A DNA stretch of 63,919 bases, filler included, from Licmophora abbreviata (taxonomy: Eukaryota), in NCBI GenBank assembly GCA_900291995.1. It is 14 parts of 14 records of this genome, joined end to end, with 100 filler letters (N's around TTAATTAATTAA, not from the genome) between each part and the next. Parts side by side here need not be neighbours in the genome. Positions count along the whole stretch, not along the records: positions 9,021 to 12,585 come from OLMU01000359.1; positions 12,686 to 18,555 come from OLMU01000360.1; positions 18,656 to 25,639 come from OLMU01000361.1; 11 more parts are not named here. One strand, written 5' to 3'. Positions 10,102 through 21,160 of this stretch are shown piece after piece. Made by a program: the position numbers and the translations under genes. The notes below the pieces were generated by a model, which saw only the letters and a list, made by a program, of their open reading frames with translations, was not told the origin of the DNA and ran no database searches. The first letter of the stretch is position 1, and every line of letters begins with the position of its first letter.

Positions 10102-11787
10102 CTACTGCGCGGACCGTTTGCTATCACCGGTGTTGACGACCACATCGAGATCGCCCACGGGGTTACAAGCTTTGTCAAGGACATGTTGCTGGGCTAGCGT
10201 CTCGATCGATGTTACCAGGCAGTATTTGAGGAATGTCTGTGGTGCTAGCCATAGTTGACCGATCGCCAATGAGACATAAAACCCAAATATGCCAAGTTCC
10301 GGGAGCAGGTTGTTCGGGTCACCAACTTCTGTAGGGAAGAACAAAGCAGCCTCTATATCCCTGGCCACTACCTGGCCACCATAAAAGACAATGAGAGCCA
10401 CAATGAGCCAAGTGTGAAGCTTGATTGAGTTGCGATAAACATCGGGACCAGCAGCACCAACAGCTCCGAAGAGAATTTCTTGATCGTTACGCGCTTGTTT
10501 GCCAAAGAAGCTTTCAATCCATCCAAAGATTGACGGACTCGAGTTGAACTCCTCTAGCAGTTCCTTATCTCGGTATTTGGGAGGCAAAATAATGGCCCGA
10601 CAGTCTGCATTGTTGGCGTCGCGAACCAGTATCGGGTAAAGCATGCGTTGGATTGCGGTCATCTTCCAAAAATTCCACAGACCCCAGGCTAAGCCGCCAA
10701 ATGTAAGCGCTGTGGATGTGATGAAAAATTCCGGGGTCCCCAGAAAGAAACCAGAAGACACGGCAGCATTCGGGCTTGCCGACGACACGACGTCTCTCGC
10801 CAGGTCGATCGATCGACCCAGCCCGATGGCTGGAATCAGTGGCAGCCATGTCAGCGGTGATAACTCGACAATTTCTTCCAGGTTGAGCGCGAATATCTTT
10901 TCAAAATACGTTTCGATGCGAAAAGTCGGGTCCACTCTTCCAGTCCGCAGGAATCGCTCCCGGACGACCAAGGCCTCGGCGCGAATCCTCGACGGCTGCA
11001 TTGACGTTTCTTCGAGAAGGGTCCTAGGTTGTTTCTTTCGGAGTGCGAGTGCGATCTCATTTGCAGAGAGTTCTCCATCACTATCCAAGTCAACCATCAT
11101 TGTCTCTACATCCAGTGCATCCGCCAGGTCTTCGATACACACCTCACCATCGTTGTTTGTGTCAAATATGACCTTGGATACCGACGTCAGGCTATCGACT
11201 TGTCTCAAGACGTAGGCCACGGTAAGACCGATAATAACAAAGAAGGCGATCGCAACTTCGAAGAACGCCTCGTGCAAGAACTCAAATGTCTCGAGCAAGA
11301 TCTCTTCATCTCCAAGCCATCGTTCGCTCAAGACGCCGACAGCATTGCCTAGGATTCCATCCGTAACGAAGAGCCCAAGGAACAATCCGACGAACCCGAG
11401 TCCTCCAATCTCACCCAACATACTGTCGACTACCGGCATCAGTACCGGTGACAGGCGTTTTCGTGCACTCTTGACAGTCTCTTCCCATGTGTACAGGAGC
11501 GCAACGATGGAAAGCATGATGGACACGGACCAAAACTCGGGCTGTTGAAAGAGCGGTGCGAGCCAGACTTCTGGAGCAGCAGCCACCTCAGACATACAAA
11601 GATGAGATGAGGACACACGATGAACACGGCCCTGTCGAATTCTGCGATGAAATTCTGGCGAGATAGGTCGTACGATCCCATACCGTGCTCGGTTACGTTG
11701 TTCGCCCGTCGTCAACACATTGAATCTTGAAAAACTCTTTGCTCGAGCGACGAGAACGAAGCAAGTCAGAATTCTGAGCCGTGCCAT
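10102..11787 (-). CDS. MLO-like multi-pass membrane protein with an EF-hand pair and bipartite presequence
   Basis: MLO-like blocks VDSMLGEIGGLGFVGLFL, FEFLHEAFF and RERF...FRIETYF...LEEIVELSPLTW; EF loops DTNNDGEVCIEDL and DLDSDGELSANEI; signal ...LVARAKS-F. Confidence 0.7.
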   Translation of the reverse strand: MARLRILTCFVLVARAKSFSRFNVLTTGEQRNRARYGIVRPISPEFHRRIRQGRVHRVSSSHLCMSEVAAAPEVWLAPLFQQPEFWSVSIMLSIVALLYTWEETVKSARKRLSPVLMPVVDSMLGEIGGLGFVGLFLGLFVTDGILGNAVGVLSERWLGDEEILLETFEFLHEAFFEVAIAFFVIIGLTVAYVLRQVDSLTSVSKVIFDTNNDGEVCIEDLADALDVETMMVDLDSDGELSANEIALALRKKQPRTLLEETSMQPSRIRAEALVVRERFLRTGRVDPTFRIETYFEKIFALNLEEIVELSPLTWLPLIPAIGLGRSIDLARDVVSSASPNAAVSSGFFLGTPEFFITSTALTFGGLAWGLWNFWKMTAIQRMLYPILVRDANNADCRAIILPPKYRDKELLEEFNSSPSIFGWIESFFGKQARNDQEILFGAVGAAGPDVYRNSIKLHTWLIVALIVFYGGQVVARDIEAALFFPTEVGDPNNLLPELGIFGFYVSLAIGQLWLAPQTFLKYCLVTSIETLAQQHVLDKACNPVGDLDVVVNTGDSKRSAQ

Positions 11788-12190
11788 GGGATTTTCCAGT
11801 CAAACGGAAAGATCGAGAAGCGTGTAAATTGCTGCTGCAACGAGCAAGGCGACGGTGGTACACCTCATAGGCACCACCATGATGGGTACAACTTAAAACA
11901 CAGTTCCATCTCACACCTCTGTATCTTTCGAATGCCGACGAACCCGGAAATGTATCTTATTTTTGGCGCGCCAAAATTGGTTGTAGGCAGTATACTCAAT
12001 TCTACATACACTTCAGTCAGTACGTTCCTAAAGAGAGGCTCCAACACGTTCGTTTCGCGGTTGACTCTTTCTTTTTTCTTTTCTCTTTTTGCTCGCGATG
12101 GGATTCTGCCGGTCCTGATGTTGTCAAGGTCAACACTCTTTGTCACGGAAGCCATCAGAGACCCAGTCTCCCGAAATTAGGAAACTTTCA

Positions 12191-14077
12191 ATGATCCCTC
12201 TTCACACCCAGGACGAAACTGACTTGACGTGCTCAGACGACGACGCCGAGATGCTTCACGACGCCATGCACGTCTCAGCCGCCGCGACGGACAAGGACGC
12301 CGCAACTGGCATGATGGACGAGATCACGCCCTGGAGGCACCATGCGAGATCGATGGCAGCGCTCTGTCTCTGCATGCTGACGCACTCCTACTTGCTCATA
12401 TCTGTATTTCCCTACTCGGGCTACTTGGCGATCCACTATATCCCCAGTGCCAATGAAGAGACTGCTGGTCGCTATGCTGGATTCGTTGCCGCATCTTTCA
12501 TGGTGGGTCGAACCTTGAGTTCCTACTTCTGGGGGAAGATCGCAGACCGATATGGAAGAAAATTTGTCCTGATTGCTTCCTTGGTNNNNNNNNNNNNNNN
12601 NNNNNNNNNNNNNNNNNNNNNNNNNNNNNTTAATTAATTAANNNNNNNNNNNNNNNNNNNNNNNNNNNNNNNNNNNNNNNNNNNNCGATATGGAAGAAAA
12701 TTTGTCCTGATTGCTTCCTTGGTGCTCTCATGCATATTTTCGATACTATTCGGCCTAGCCCCGACCTTTGCGTTGGCTATTCTATGGCGATGTCTACTTG
12801 GTTTCGGGAACGGCATGGTTGGAACTGCCAAGACGGCAGTATCGGAACTTGCGGGGGGTGATGAGGCCTTAGAGACAAGAGGGATGGGCATCGTACTTGG
12901 AATGTGGGGATGGGGCTTTCTCTTGAGTCCTGCCATCAGTGGGGCGCTCGCCGAGCCTGTACGACAATACCCCAACCGTGCGTGGGTACAGCGATTCGAA
13001 GGCGTCCTGTCCAAGTATCCTTTTCTGCTCCCAAATCTGGTTGGAGCTATGTTCTGTTTAACAGCAATGGTGGCTGTGATCTTATTTGTGCCGGAGACGT
13101 TGTGCGAGGACAAGCTGCGGAGTTCCAAGTACATAGTTGCCGACTTCTGGACGTGGCGCAAGAGCTTTGTTGAATGTCATCCTAGGACCAGACTGAAATC
13201 TCGAGTGTCGTCCATTGAATTTACTTCGGTATCTCAGCAAGAGAATGATAGTGTGGAAGTTGAAGGGGGAGAAGCCTCATTCGACAAAAGCCTCGGTAGA
13301 CCCAATCTGAAAGCGAAACAGAGCGAGCTGTATCTGAACAATGCTGCTGATACGCAGGTCGATCCATTCAACGATCCAGACACCGTGACAATGTCTTCGT
13401 TGTGGGCTAGATCAAACACCCGCCGCCACCTGATCACATACTGGATTTTCTCTTTTTCGGTAATTGCCATCGATGAGGCGTTTCCGCTCTTTTGCATTTC
13501 GAAAGAGGCCGGCCTGGGCTTGTCTGAAGCGTCGATTGGACGCATATTGTCTGGGTCAGGACTGATATTCGCCGTTTCCCAGTATTGTGTTTACGGATAC
13601 CTTGTGAATCGATATGGCTTATACGGATCGATCCGAATCGGCAGCCTCGTTAGCTCACTGCTCATGGTACTGTTTCCATTTTCAGTTCTGATTGCGCAAG
13701 GCTCCGTCGACGATGAAATGACATGGACAACGTACTCGTATCTTTGCGTTATCGCAGCAGGTGTTCGAGTCTTCTGCCTGGCATTCTTTTCCAGCATAAC
13801 CATCGCCACCAACCGAACAGTTCCGACGGCACTGCGAGGGTCGATGAATGGGCTCTCTATGTTAGGTGGAAGCGTATCGAAAGCTATGGGTCCGGCCTTT
13901 GCTGGAATCCTCGTTACATTCTTCTTGTCGTCGGGCTTTGTCGCACCTCGAGCGGGAGCATTCCTCATTTTTGTCGTCATTGCATCGATGTCCTTCATCT
14001 CATACCTTTGTAGCGTGACTCTTGACAGCAACTTGGACGACGAAGACGAATCATTCGTGCAGGAACAAAACACTTAA
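12191..14077 (+). CDS. MFS transporter, ZIF/ZIFL-like (paralog of 6952-8792), split by the spacer at 12586-12685
   Basis: YLLISVFPYSGY, WGKIADRYGRK, SPAISGALAEP, YPFLLPNL, DEAFPLFC. Positions 12548-12585 are repeated at 12686-12723, so the halves merge in frame. Confidence 0.9.
12586..12685. other. Artificial assembly spacer (flanks overlap by 38 bp)
   Basis: N44-TTAATTAATTAA-N44; 12548-12585 = 12686-12723. Confidence 0.99.
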
Positions 14078-14153
14078 AATGTACAGTTTGCTTTTAAAAT
14101 AATTGTTGTCTGCGACGTACACAGCTTGCTCTCTACTCGTCTGGAGGAAGCGT

Positions 14154-16059
14154 CTAGCGCCCGGTGTCGTAGAGTGAGCTCGGCCTTTCGGTTGACCTTC
14201 CCGGTGCAGTGTTTGGTCGGAGTACACCGTCCCCTTCGGATTCCACGTGTTCATGAAAAGGAATGCTGCTATGTCCCTCCTCGCTACTGTGGTGTACCCC
14301 ATGAATCTCGTTTTCTTCAGTACCATTCGCATTTCGAACGAGGAAACGTCGAACGTATCGGCGTTCTGCGTGTAGGAGAGTAGGAGAACAGGGGTGTGTC
14401 AGAAACCGCATCATCATTCCTGGAATATGCACCAGATAGCCACATACCGAGTTTCTGCACCAGCCCCGTAATCTCATCTTCGTGTTTTCGGGCATGGATG
14501 TAGCTTTCTTCGTCGATGCCGACATCAATGTTTAGGAAGTTCATTACCAACTCTGTTGTTCCTCCAAGTAAAAACACTGTTGATAAGACAATGGCCATAG
14601 TTATCCAGATGAAATTCGATCGATTGCCGAACGAGTCTGGAAACGTCTTTGCACAAGCGTAAGCAACAGCTCCGCGTAAGCCACTGTACCAAAGCATATG
14701 TGCCATCTTCGCAGGAATTCGTTGATCTCTCCGTACGCTTGGGTCGACAGGAAGAGATTCCAAGGAGAATGGGCTTTCAGGACGATCGGTACCGTTTTCT
14801 TCTGGGGATTCTGAAAAAGTCTGGTCCGTCGGTTCCGTGCCGCCGGGTGTCGGGGGAGCAACGGTCGGGACAGAACGAAACTCTACGGTGCGACGTAAAA
14901 CCGCATTGTGAAAAAGTACAATAGGGTATACATTCAAGGCTCTTCCAACAAGACAGGCGAGGAGAGCCCAAGCAATGAATCGCCACAAAAACTGGGTTTC
15001 TCCCAATTCTCCAAAGACACTTAGTCCAAGTTCAAGGAAGATGCTCGTTTCCGCCAAATGCGCAATCAGTCTAAAAAAGAGATCCGCATTTGACTCCGTC
15101 TCGGGAGACAGATTGGGAACACAGTATCTTCTCGCCGCCATACCGGTAAAGAGAATGGATACAATGCCGCTGAGGTGTAGAATCTCGGCCAGAAGGAATG
15201 GCACGTACATAATCAGAATGTAGAAGCACAGTTCCAAGAGCTTGGTCTCTCGCAAATCGACGTGCTTTAGCAACAAAGCAGCACCAAGACCGCTAAGTAT
15301 ACCGAGACAAAGGGAACCCACGAATGATATGGAGAAGGAAACAAAGAAATAAAAGATTCCAATGGCGACCTTGCCGACCCCATTGTCCGGTACGGCAAAC
15401 TTTCCCAACGTGTTGAACAAAACAATCCCGACCGCGTCGTTCAGGACGCTCTCTCCGAAGACAAGATAAAAGAGTTGCGGGTCAACTCGTTTCGTCTGAA
15501 AGACAGCGAGTGTCGAGACTGGATCTGTCGCAGATATCAACGCTCCAAATGTCAAGAGTTCGGTGAACGTTGGTATAAACCCACCCGTCAGTCCCGAGTT
15601 TTTTACAATCTGGAGGATGATCGCGACCACAAGCGTTGATATGGCTGTGCCAAGACACGATAGCATAACGATCGGACTTAAGTGCCGAAAGAACAGTTCT
15701 GTTCGCATGTGATAGCCCGAATTGAAAATAATGGGAGGGAGCAGAGCGACGAAGAATACTTCCGGTGAGAAGGATTGAAGACCTTGTGCCACATCCTGTT
15801 GGCTGGACGACGAGTCCTCTTCATTTGTGTCGTCTTCCGCATCACTGCTGGAGCTAAATAAACTGAGTATCGCCCCAGCTACCATGCCCACAAGTAGAAC
15901 CATGCCTGCTTCAGGGAGAAACGACGCAAGCCGTTGGCGATCATGAAGCATCTTGCTCAAGACAAGGACGAATGCAAGCAACGAGGAGAATGCTAAAAAG
16001 TAGACAGATATCTTCTCCTCGCTCGAAGACCACGAGGTCCCTGTAGACGTGGATGACAT
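14154..16059 (-). CDS. Na+/H+ exchanger, CPA1 family (NHE8/NHX-like); intron 14366-14447
   Basis: FFVALLPPIIFNSGY, FGALISATDPVS, LVFGESVLNDAV, GLRGAVAYA. A phase-1 intron joins GLVQKL/ERRYVRR. Confidence 0.93.
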
Positions 16060-16337
16060 GGCGACAAACAGATAGGCTGGAGGGACGAGAAAGCTGCGGA
16101 AAGGGTGTCACGCTTCATGCCGACATCAATCGCCATGGTGTGACTGATGATGTTGAATATTGAAGGGGCCGCCACGTGAGGAGCTCGTAACGCGCGGTGT
16201 GTGTTCGCGAACGCTCGCCGAAACCTAGACCCTGAGTTGAGTGAGACACCGCCGGTACAAAGAACTACATTAAGTCGACGGTTCCTTAGCACTCCAAATG
16301 GCTCTATGGCCCTACTGTAACTACTCTTCCACTTCAC

Positions 16338-18219
16338 TTACAAATCGATGCAGATCGGTGCGACCGCCTCTTTCTTGTTCCTCGCTGTGCGACTGTCACT
16401 CTCACTGTTAGAATGCGCAGAGGGCCCATCGTCGGTACCCGCACTACGAGGCTCTCTACACAGGGCACATTTCGCATGCGCCCAAGTATGCTCCTCGTTA
16501 CGGTAGGTACACGCATGGCATGTCCAAGGGCCGCTATTAGGCAACACCGATGCCTTTCGTTTTCTCTCAGATCTCTGTGCGTAAGGATTCTTCATTGCTG
16601 ATGAAGAAACAGCCTCGAGAGTTCGCTGACCTCTGCTCGGATGGGCCGTGGGTCGAACCGGTACAGGGAGACGAGGACTAGGCGCGGATCCGATCGAAAC
16701 CGTCGATGCTTGGCTGCTGGCAAGGGAGGTTGCCGCTTGCTTGTATGGATTTCTAGGTTGTAGCGCGGACGGAGTTGAGTACTGTTGCCCATGTAGCCCC
16801 ACGCTGGTCTGAGGTATCCTCGAGGGGACAGCTGGAGCATGCGCGTCGAATGCCGCTCCTAACGTACTCATAGGAGGAGGTTTCTGTACACCCCAAGTCG
16901 CCTGGCTCGTTCCAGGTGGGCTCATAATGGCAGACGTCAATGTTGATGCCGACAACGTCGTTTGTCCGTTGTTTGCACCTGGCCGTAACGCCGCCGCCCG
17001 GGAGGATGGTTTCGACAACATAGGCTCTACCCCTTGTACAGATCGATCCAGATCTTCCTTGGTCCACTTTCGACGCTTCTGTGGCATGATTTTGCGTCCC
17101 TCTGCGATGAGTGCGGTGAATCCCTCTTCCCAGGCATTGTCAAATTTGGCGTCTCCGCTGGAAACAGGCGCTTCTCGAGAATCGTCGTTAGAGTCATCCT
17201 TGTGGGCCGTATCGCAAATTTGTTTCGCAAAGGTGGCATGGTTGCTTGTTCCTGACATGAACGCTGCTGTTTGCGCTTTCTGAAGGTCGTGTGTTCGCGA
17301 CAGGCACGTCGAGTGAGGACAAGGAAGGCAACAAGACACAGATCAACAACAACTCCCAAAGATATCTCACCTTCTTTCCTTTCTCTCGCCTCATGACTTC
17401 ACGAGCAATGTCAACCTGAGATCGTTGTGGCAACATGGAGTCGCACTCGGCGTTGTAAAGAAGCATAAACTCCTCGTGCCGTTTAATGAGATGTTCGGTA
17501 GTGCCTTCCGTCGAGAGCCCATCGTTCCGACAAAGGTCGACAATCTTGCTTTTCTTGCCCTTTTTCAATGTTTCGTAATAGGGCTTTGGTCTCCTTGCGA
17601 GTCTTTCATTCACTTCCATGACTTCAGCCTCTTCGGCAATAGCTACCATAGAAGCAGGCTCTTCGTTGGCCTCGTCGTCATCGGAAGATGCCTCTCCCGA
17701 ACGTCTGGCGGATATATCGCGGGGAGACCGTCTACGACCGCTTACTCTGTCTTCTCCATCAGCAGCAGCAACATCAGTTTCATCGGCATTACGGCTGGAA
17801 GCACCCGAGTTCGTTTGAGCATCAGCAAGGCTCTGTCGAAGCGGAGCACGAAGTTCTTGAAACGACTTGACAAGCATCTGAAGAGGCCGGTTCGGCTTGA
17901 GGACTTTTTGAGGATTCTTATCGAGAGCGACATTGCAAGCCGGACATTTCGGACAAGACATTCCTTTCGAGACGGACGCTTGAATGGAACGTCGAATACA
18001 CTCGCTGCAAAAGGAATGCTGGCATCCTTGAATACTCACAGCAATGTTGAGAAAGTGGCGACATATGCCGCAGCGCAATACGCTTTCAAAGTCCCTCAAG
18101 CTCGTTTGAAGAGTGTTGGAGGGTGAGAAGGGTGGAGAGGTCCACACATCCTCGTCGTCTGGCGAGGGGGGTCCAGTCAATGCGGCAACAGCAGCATCAT
18201 TGCTGCGGGCGGAAGCCAT
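16338..18219 (-). CDS. RAD18: RAD18-like RING E3 ubiquitin ligase (RING + SAP + C-terminal RanBP2-type zinc finger); intron 17280-17370
   Basis: LRCGICRHF..AV....CQHSFCSECIRR...CPAC RING; SAP region DGLSTEGTTEHLIKRHEEFMLLYNAECDS typical of RAD18; phase-0 intron KGKK/KAQT; WTCHACTYRN...CALC. Confidence 0.85.
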
Positions 18220-18555
18220 GGTCGATCGCGCCAGATCGAAAAAAAGAGTGAGGTCTTTTCTCGCGCTCGCGTTCCGAATGGCAACAAGTTTTCTACGTGA
18301 AATCTCGTATGGTTTCTACGTCCAACACGCTCTGGGGAATGGAATGGCGCGCAAGCGAGCTTTAGGGCTGTGTCGGCGGGTGATGGAGCTGTGTGTGTGG
18401 TCGGCGAGACGACAGCAGGAGCATCAGCCATCTGCAGGTTAGCCTAGATCCGAGTGAGCGCCTGTTTTGAATAAAAAGAGCTGCTATCACTGATGTGGAT
18501 TTTCTTGACTCGATAATATGACTTCACTTTTCGTTTACTATGAACGTTTCTTCTG

Positions 18556-18655
18556 NNNNNNNNNNNNNNNNNNNNNNNNNNNNNNNNNNNNNNNNNNNNT
18601 TAATTAATTAANNNNNNNNNNNNNNNNNNNNNNNNNNNNNNNNNNNNNNNNNNNN
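18556..18655. other. Artificial assembly spacer
   Basis: N44-TTAATTAATTAA-N44. Confidence 0.99.
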
Positions 18656-18660
18656 GACTT

Positions 18661-19263
18661 CTAGATCAGATTGTTGTCCGTCTTGACCGCCTTATAGGTG
18701 TCTGGATCTGCCTTTCCAAGCGGACTGTTTCTAGCCCACGCTTGGATTCGTTCGACAACACTGTTTCCACCAGCAGTCTTCATTTCTTCCGGTATATCCA
18801 GTCGAAGCGTGACGATATTGTAGATATCGATCGTTTCCTGATTCACAAATTCCTCAAACTGGTCCAGCTCATCGGCAGTCAGTGAAGGCACAAACTGGTT
18901 CGCCCAGGTTCCGAGGAGTAAGTCCACTTCCAACCATCCACGCTGCTTGGAACGATAAATCAATCGCTTCCTACGAACATCCAGTTCCAAGTCGTGTGAT
19001 TCAACCGCACTCTCCCGATCCAACGACCCCTTGGGGATCGCATCGAGATTCGGCATTCGCACGTGCCGGGCAAATATTTCGTCGGATCGAGGTTTGGCTA
19101 CCTTCAGCAACGCCGCTTCCGATTCGGACAAGTTGTGGTGCATTTCGCCACTGTCTCCACGATAGCCTCGGACGGCCGACGATGATGCTGCCTGAAGCAC
19201 GTTGGATTGTCGGCACGCTGATGGGCGAGTGACGGATGCAGTGCGAAGCACAGAGCGAATCAT
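18661..19263 (-). CDS. SDHAF2: Succinate dehydrogenase assembly factor 2 (Sdh5), mitochondrial
   Basis: RRKRLIYRSKQRGWLEVDLLLGTWA (RGxxExD motif) and a mitochondrial-type presequence MIRSVLRTASVTR. Confidence 0.93.
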   Translation of the reverse strand: MIRSVLRTASVTRPSACRQSNVLQAASSSAVRGYRGDSGEMHHNLSESEAALLKVAKPRSDEIFARHVRMPNLDAIPKGSLDRESAVESHDLELDVRRKRLIYRSKQRGWLEVDLLLGTWANQFVPSLTADELDQFEEFVNQETIDIYNIVTLRLDIPEEMKTAGGNSVVERIQAWARNSPLGKADPDTYKAVKTDNNLI

Positions 19264-19515
19264 GGTACTTTTCTGTTTCCTCGTTGGCAATGAATTCTGT
19301 CAGTCCAAACGACAAAGCCGCCGCCGCTGGATTGGTGTTTCTCATCGTCGCTGACGCGAACGCAATCTGGGCCGGGTCGGAGGGAATGGTGTTCGCTCCA
19401 ATGTCCATGCCTTAAGTAATGACGTTTCAAATGTTGATTGATTCGGAATCCATCGCATCATCTGTCGCCAAAACATCACACACATCAATTCTTTGGCGAC
19501 ACTCTTGACACCACC

Positions 19516-20817
19516 ATGACCGGAAAGAAGGGCGACGCGGTCCCCAGCCCGGGAACTGACGATGAGGTCTTTCAGCTGACTGATGAAGATGGTATTGCAG
19601 AGTACATTGAGTTTCCAGCGGACACGATATTCATGGAATCTGTCGCCCACAATGCCAAGTTTCGAACGGGCGTTGCGTATGTTCCCGTGCAGCGAACGAC
19701 CGGACCCGATCATCAGCCGGAATCGCATGTCTATGAGATTCAGCCTGGAACGAGCGACGCCATACACTTGTTTGGGCCCTTGGCAACGCCTGATGGGAGC
19801 ACTGCCGTTACCATATTTGGCAGTGCCCTCACGTCGGATGGAATATTGTATCTGTGTTCCTTCAACCGGAACAGTTTGTTGGTGTACGATTTGAACAAGG
19901 TTCTCGCCGAAGAAAAAACGAAACGAAAACCTGCCAAGTGCGTGATGGAGATTGAAGGTCTCGCATCGCCCAATGACGTTTGCATAGACCCCAAGGATGA
20001 GAATGTCTTGTACGTGGCGGGTGGCACGTTCCGTCGGCTCTATGCATGCTGCTGCGTGGGTTTTACCAATTCTGCGTATGGACAAGTATATCGAATTCGA
20101 GTCAACAAGACGGAAAAGACAGCAAACGTCGTGAGCATCAAGAAGGGCTTTGATGTCCTGGCAGGCATTGAAGTCGTTGATGGCACTGTTTGGGTGGCCG
20201 AATTGTATCGCATGTTTACATTCCCACAGAAAGGAGTTTCGCGCATCGAAACACAGTGGGAAGGAAACGATGGGAAGGGATCTGTATGGCTTGCCGACAA
20301 TGTCGATGTCTTCGATGATCGTCTTATCCTCTGTCCTGCATACTCAGCGGCGTCCGAGTTTAGTGTGAACAACATCGTCAAGCGAAACTTCTTGATGTCT
20401 GCCGTTTTGCTGTATTATCAAGTATCCACCGCATGGATGCGGGGTGAGAGCTTGCAACATGCATTGCAAGATCCCGAAGTGTCCCTTGCCTTTTCTAACA
20501 CGTACATTAAGGAGGGGACAGAACCGGCGCCTATCCGCCTCATCATGATGACGCCTGATGGCGATGCGGCATATCACTTTGAGGTTGACTTGGTCAAGAC
20601 ACGCGCAGAGCATCCGCCGTGGGAGGTCAAGGATCCAAAGACGGGTGCCGTCTTGGGCAAGCGTCACCATTTTAATGAGCAAGTGACGCACACATCGCAT
20701 CTCAAGACGGAAAATGGAGACGGATACCTTGTGTGTGTCAACTTTGAGCAGCCGCGAGTCTTGCTACTAAAGGACCAGAAGTTTCGAGAACTCACACTGA
20801 GTCCGGTGCAGATTTAG
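19516..20817 (+). CDS. Putative six-bladed beta-propeller protein (SMP-30/strictosidine synthase/paraoxonase-like)
   Basis: Long intronless ORF with blade-like segments ALTSDGILYLC, GLASPNDVCIDPKDENVLYVA, LAGIEVVDGTVWVAE and LADNVDVFDD. Confidence 0.6.
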   Translation: MTGKKGDAVPSPGTDDEVFQLTDEDGIAEYIEFPADTIFMESVAHNAKFRTGVAYVPVQRTTGPDHQPESHVYEIQPGTSDAIHLFGPLATPDGSTAVTIFGSALTSDGILYLCSFNRNSLLVYDLNKVLAEEKTKRKPAKCVMEIEGLASPNDVCIDPKDENVLYVAGGTFRRLYACCCVGFTNSAYGQVYRIRVNKTEKTANVVSIKKGFDVLAGIEVVDGTVWVAELYRMFTFPQKGVSRIETQWEGNDGKGSVWLADNVDVFDDRLILCPAYSAASEFSVNNIVKRNFLMSAVLLYYQVSTAWMRGESLQHALQDPEVSLAFSNTYIKEGTEPAPIRLIMMTPDGDAAYHFEVDLVKTRAEHPPWEVKDPKTGAVLGKRHHFNEQVTHTSHLKTENGDGYLVCVNFEQPRVLLLKDQKFRELTLSPVQI

Positions 20818-21160
20818 GTATAGGGTGGCCGCAGCTTTATAAGTCTAGATAAAGCCAATTCAACGATACTATAGATCAGTTCTCTACCCTAGTAGGCGTT
20901 GCACGGGCAAATTTGTTCCTCCCAACATCAAGCATCATGGCCTACTGGTCCTGATCGCTACCGAGAGCTATAATCTATTGCGCCGAGACAGACCCAACCA
21001 ACACGTTATTGATGATTCCACACACCCAGAGAACCGTCGATACAGACACACAACATTGATAACATCCTTGGTACCACAAACGGACACTTGCTCAACCCCA
21101 CCCTACGAACCGTTATTCGCCAGTCCAGTTGCATGTGTACAAAAAGAGCTATAATTCGCT

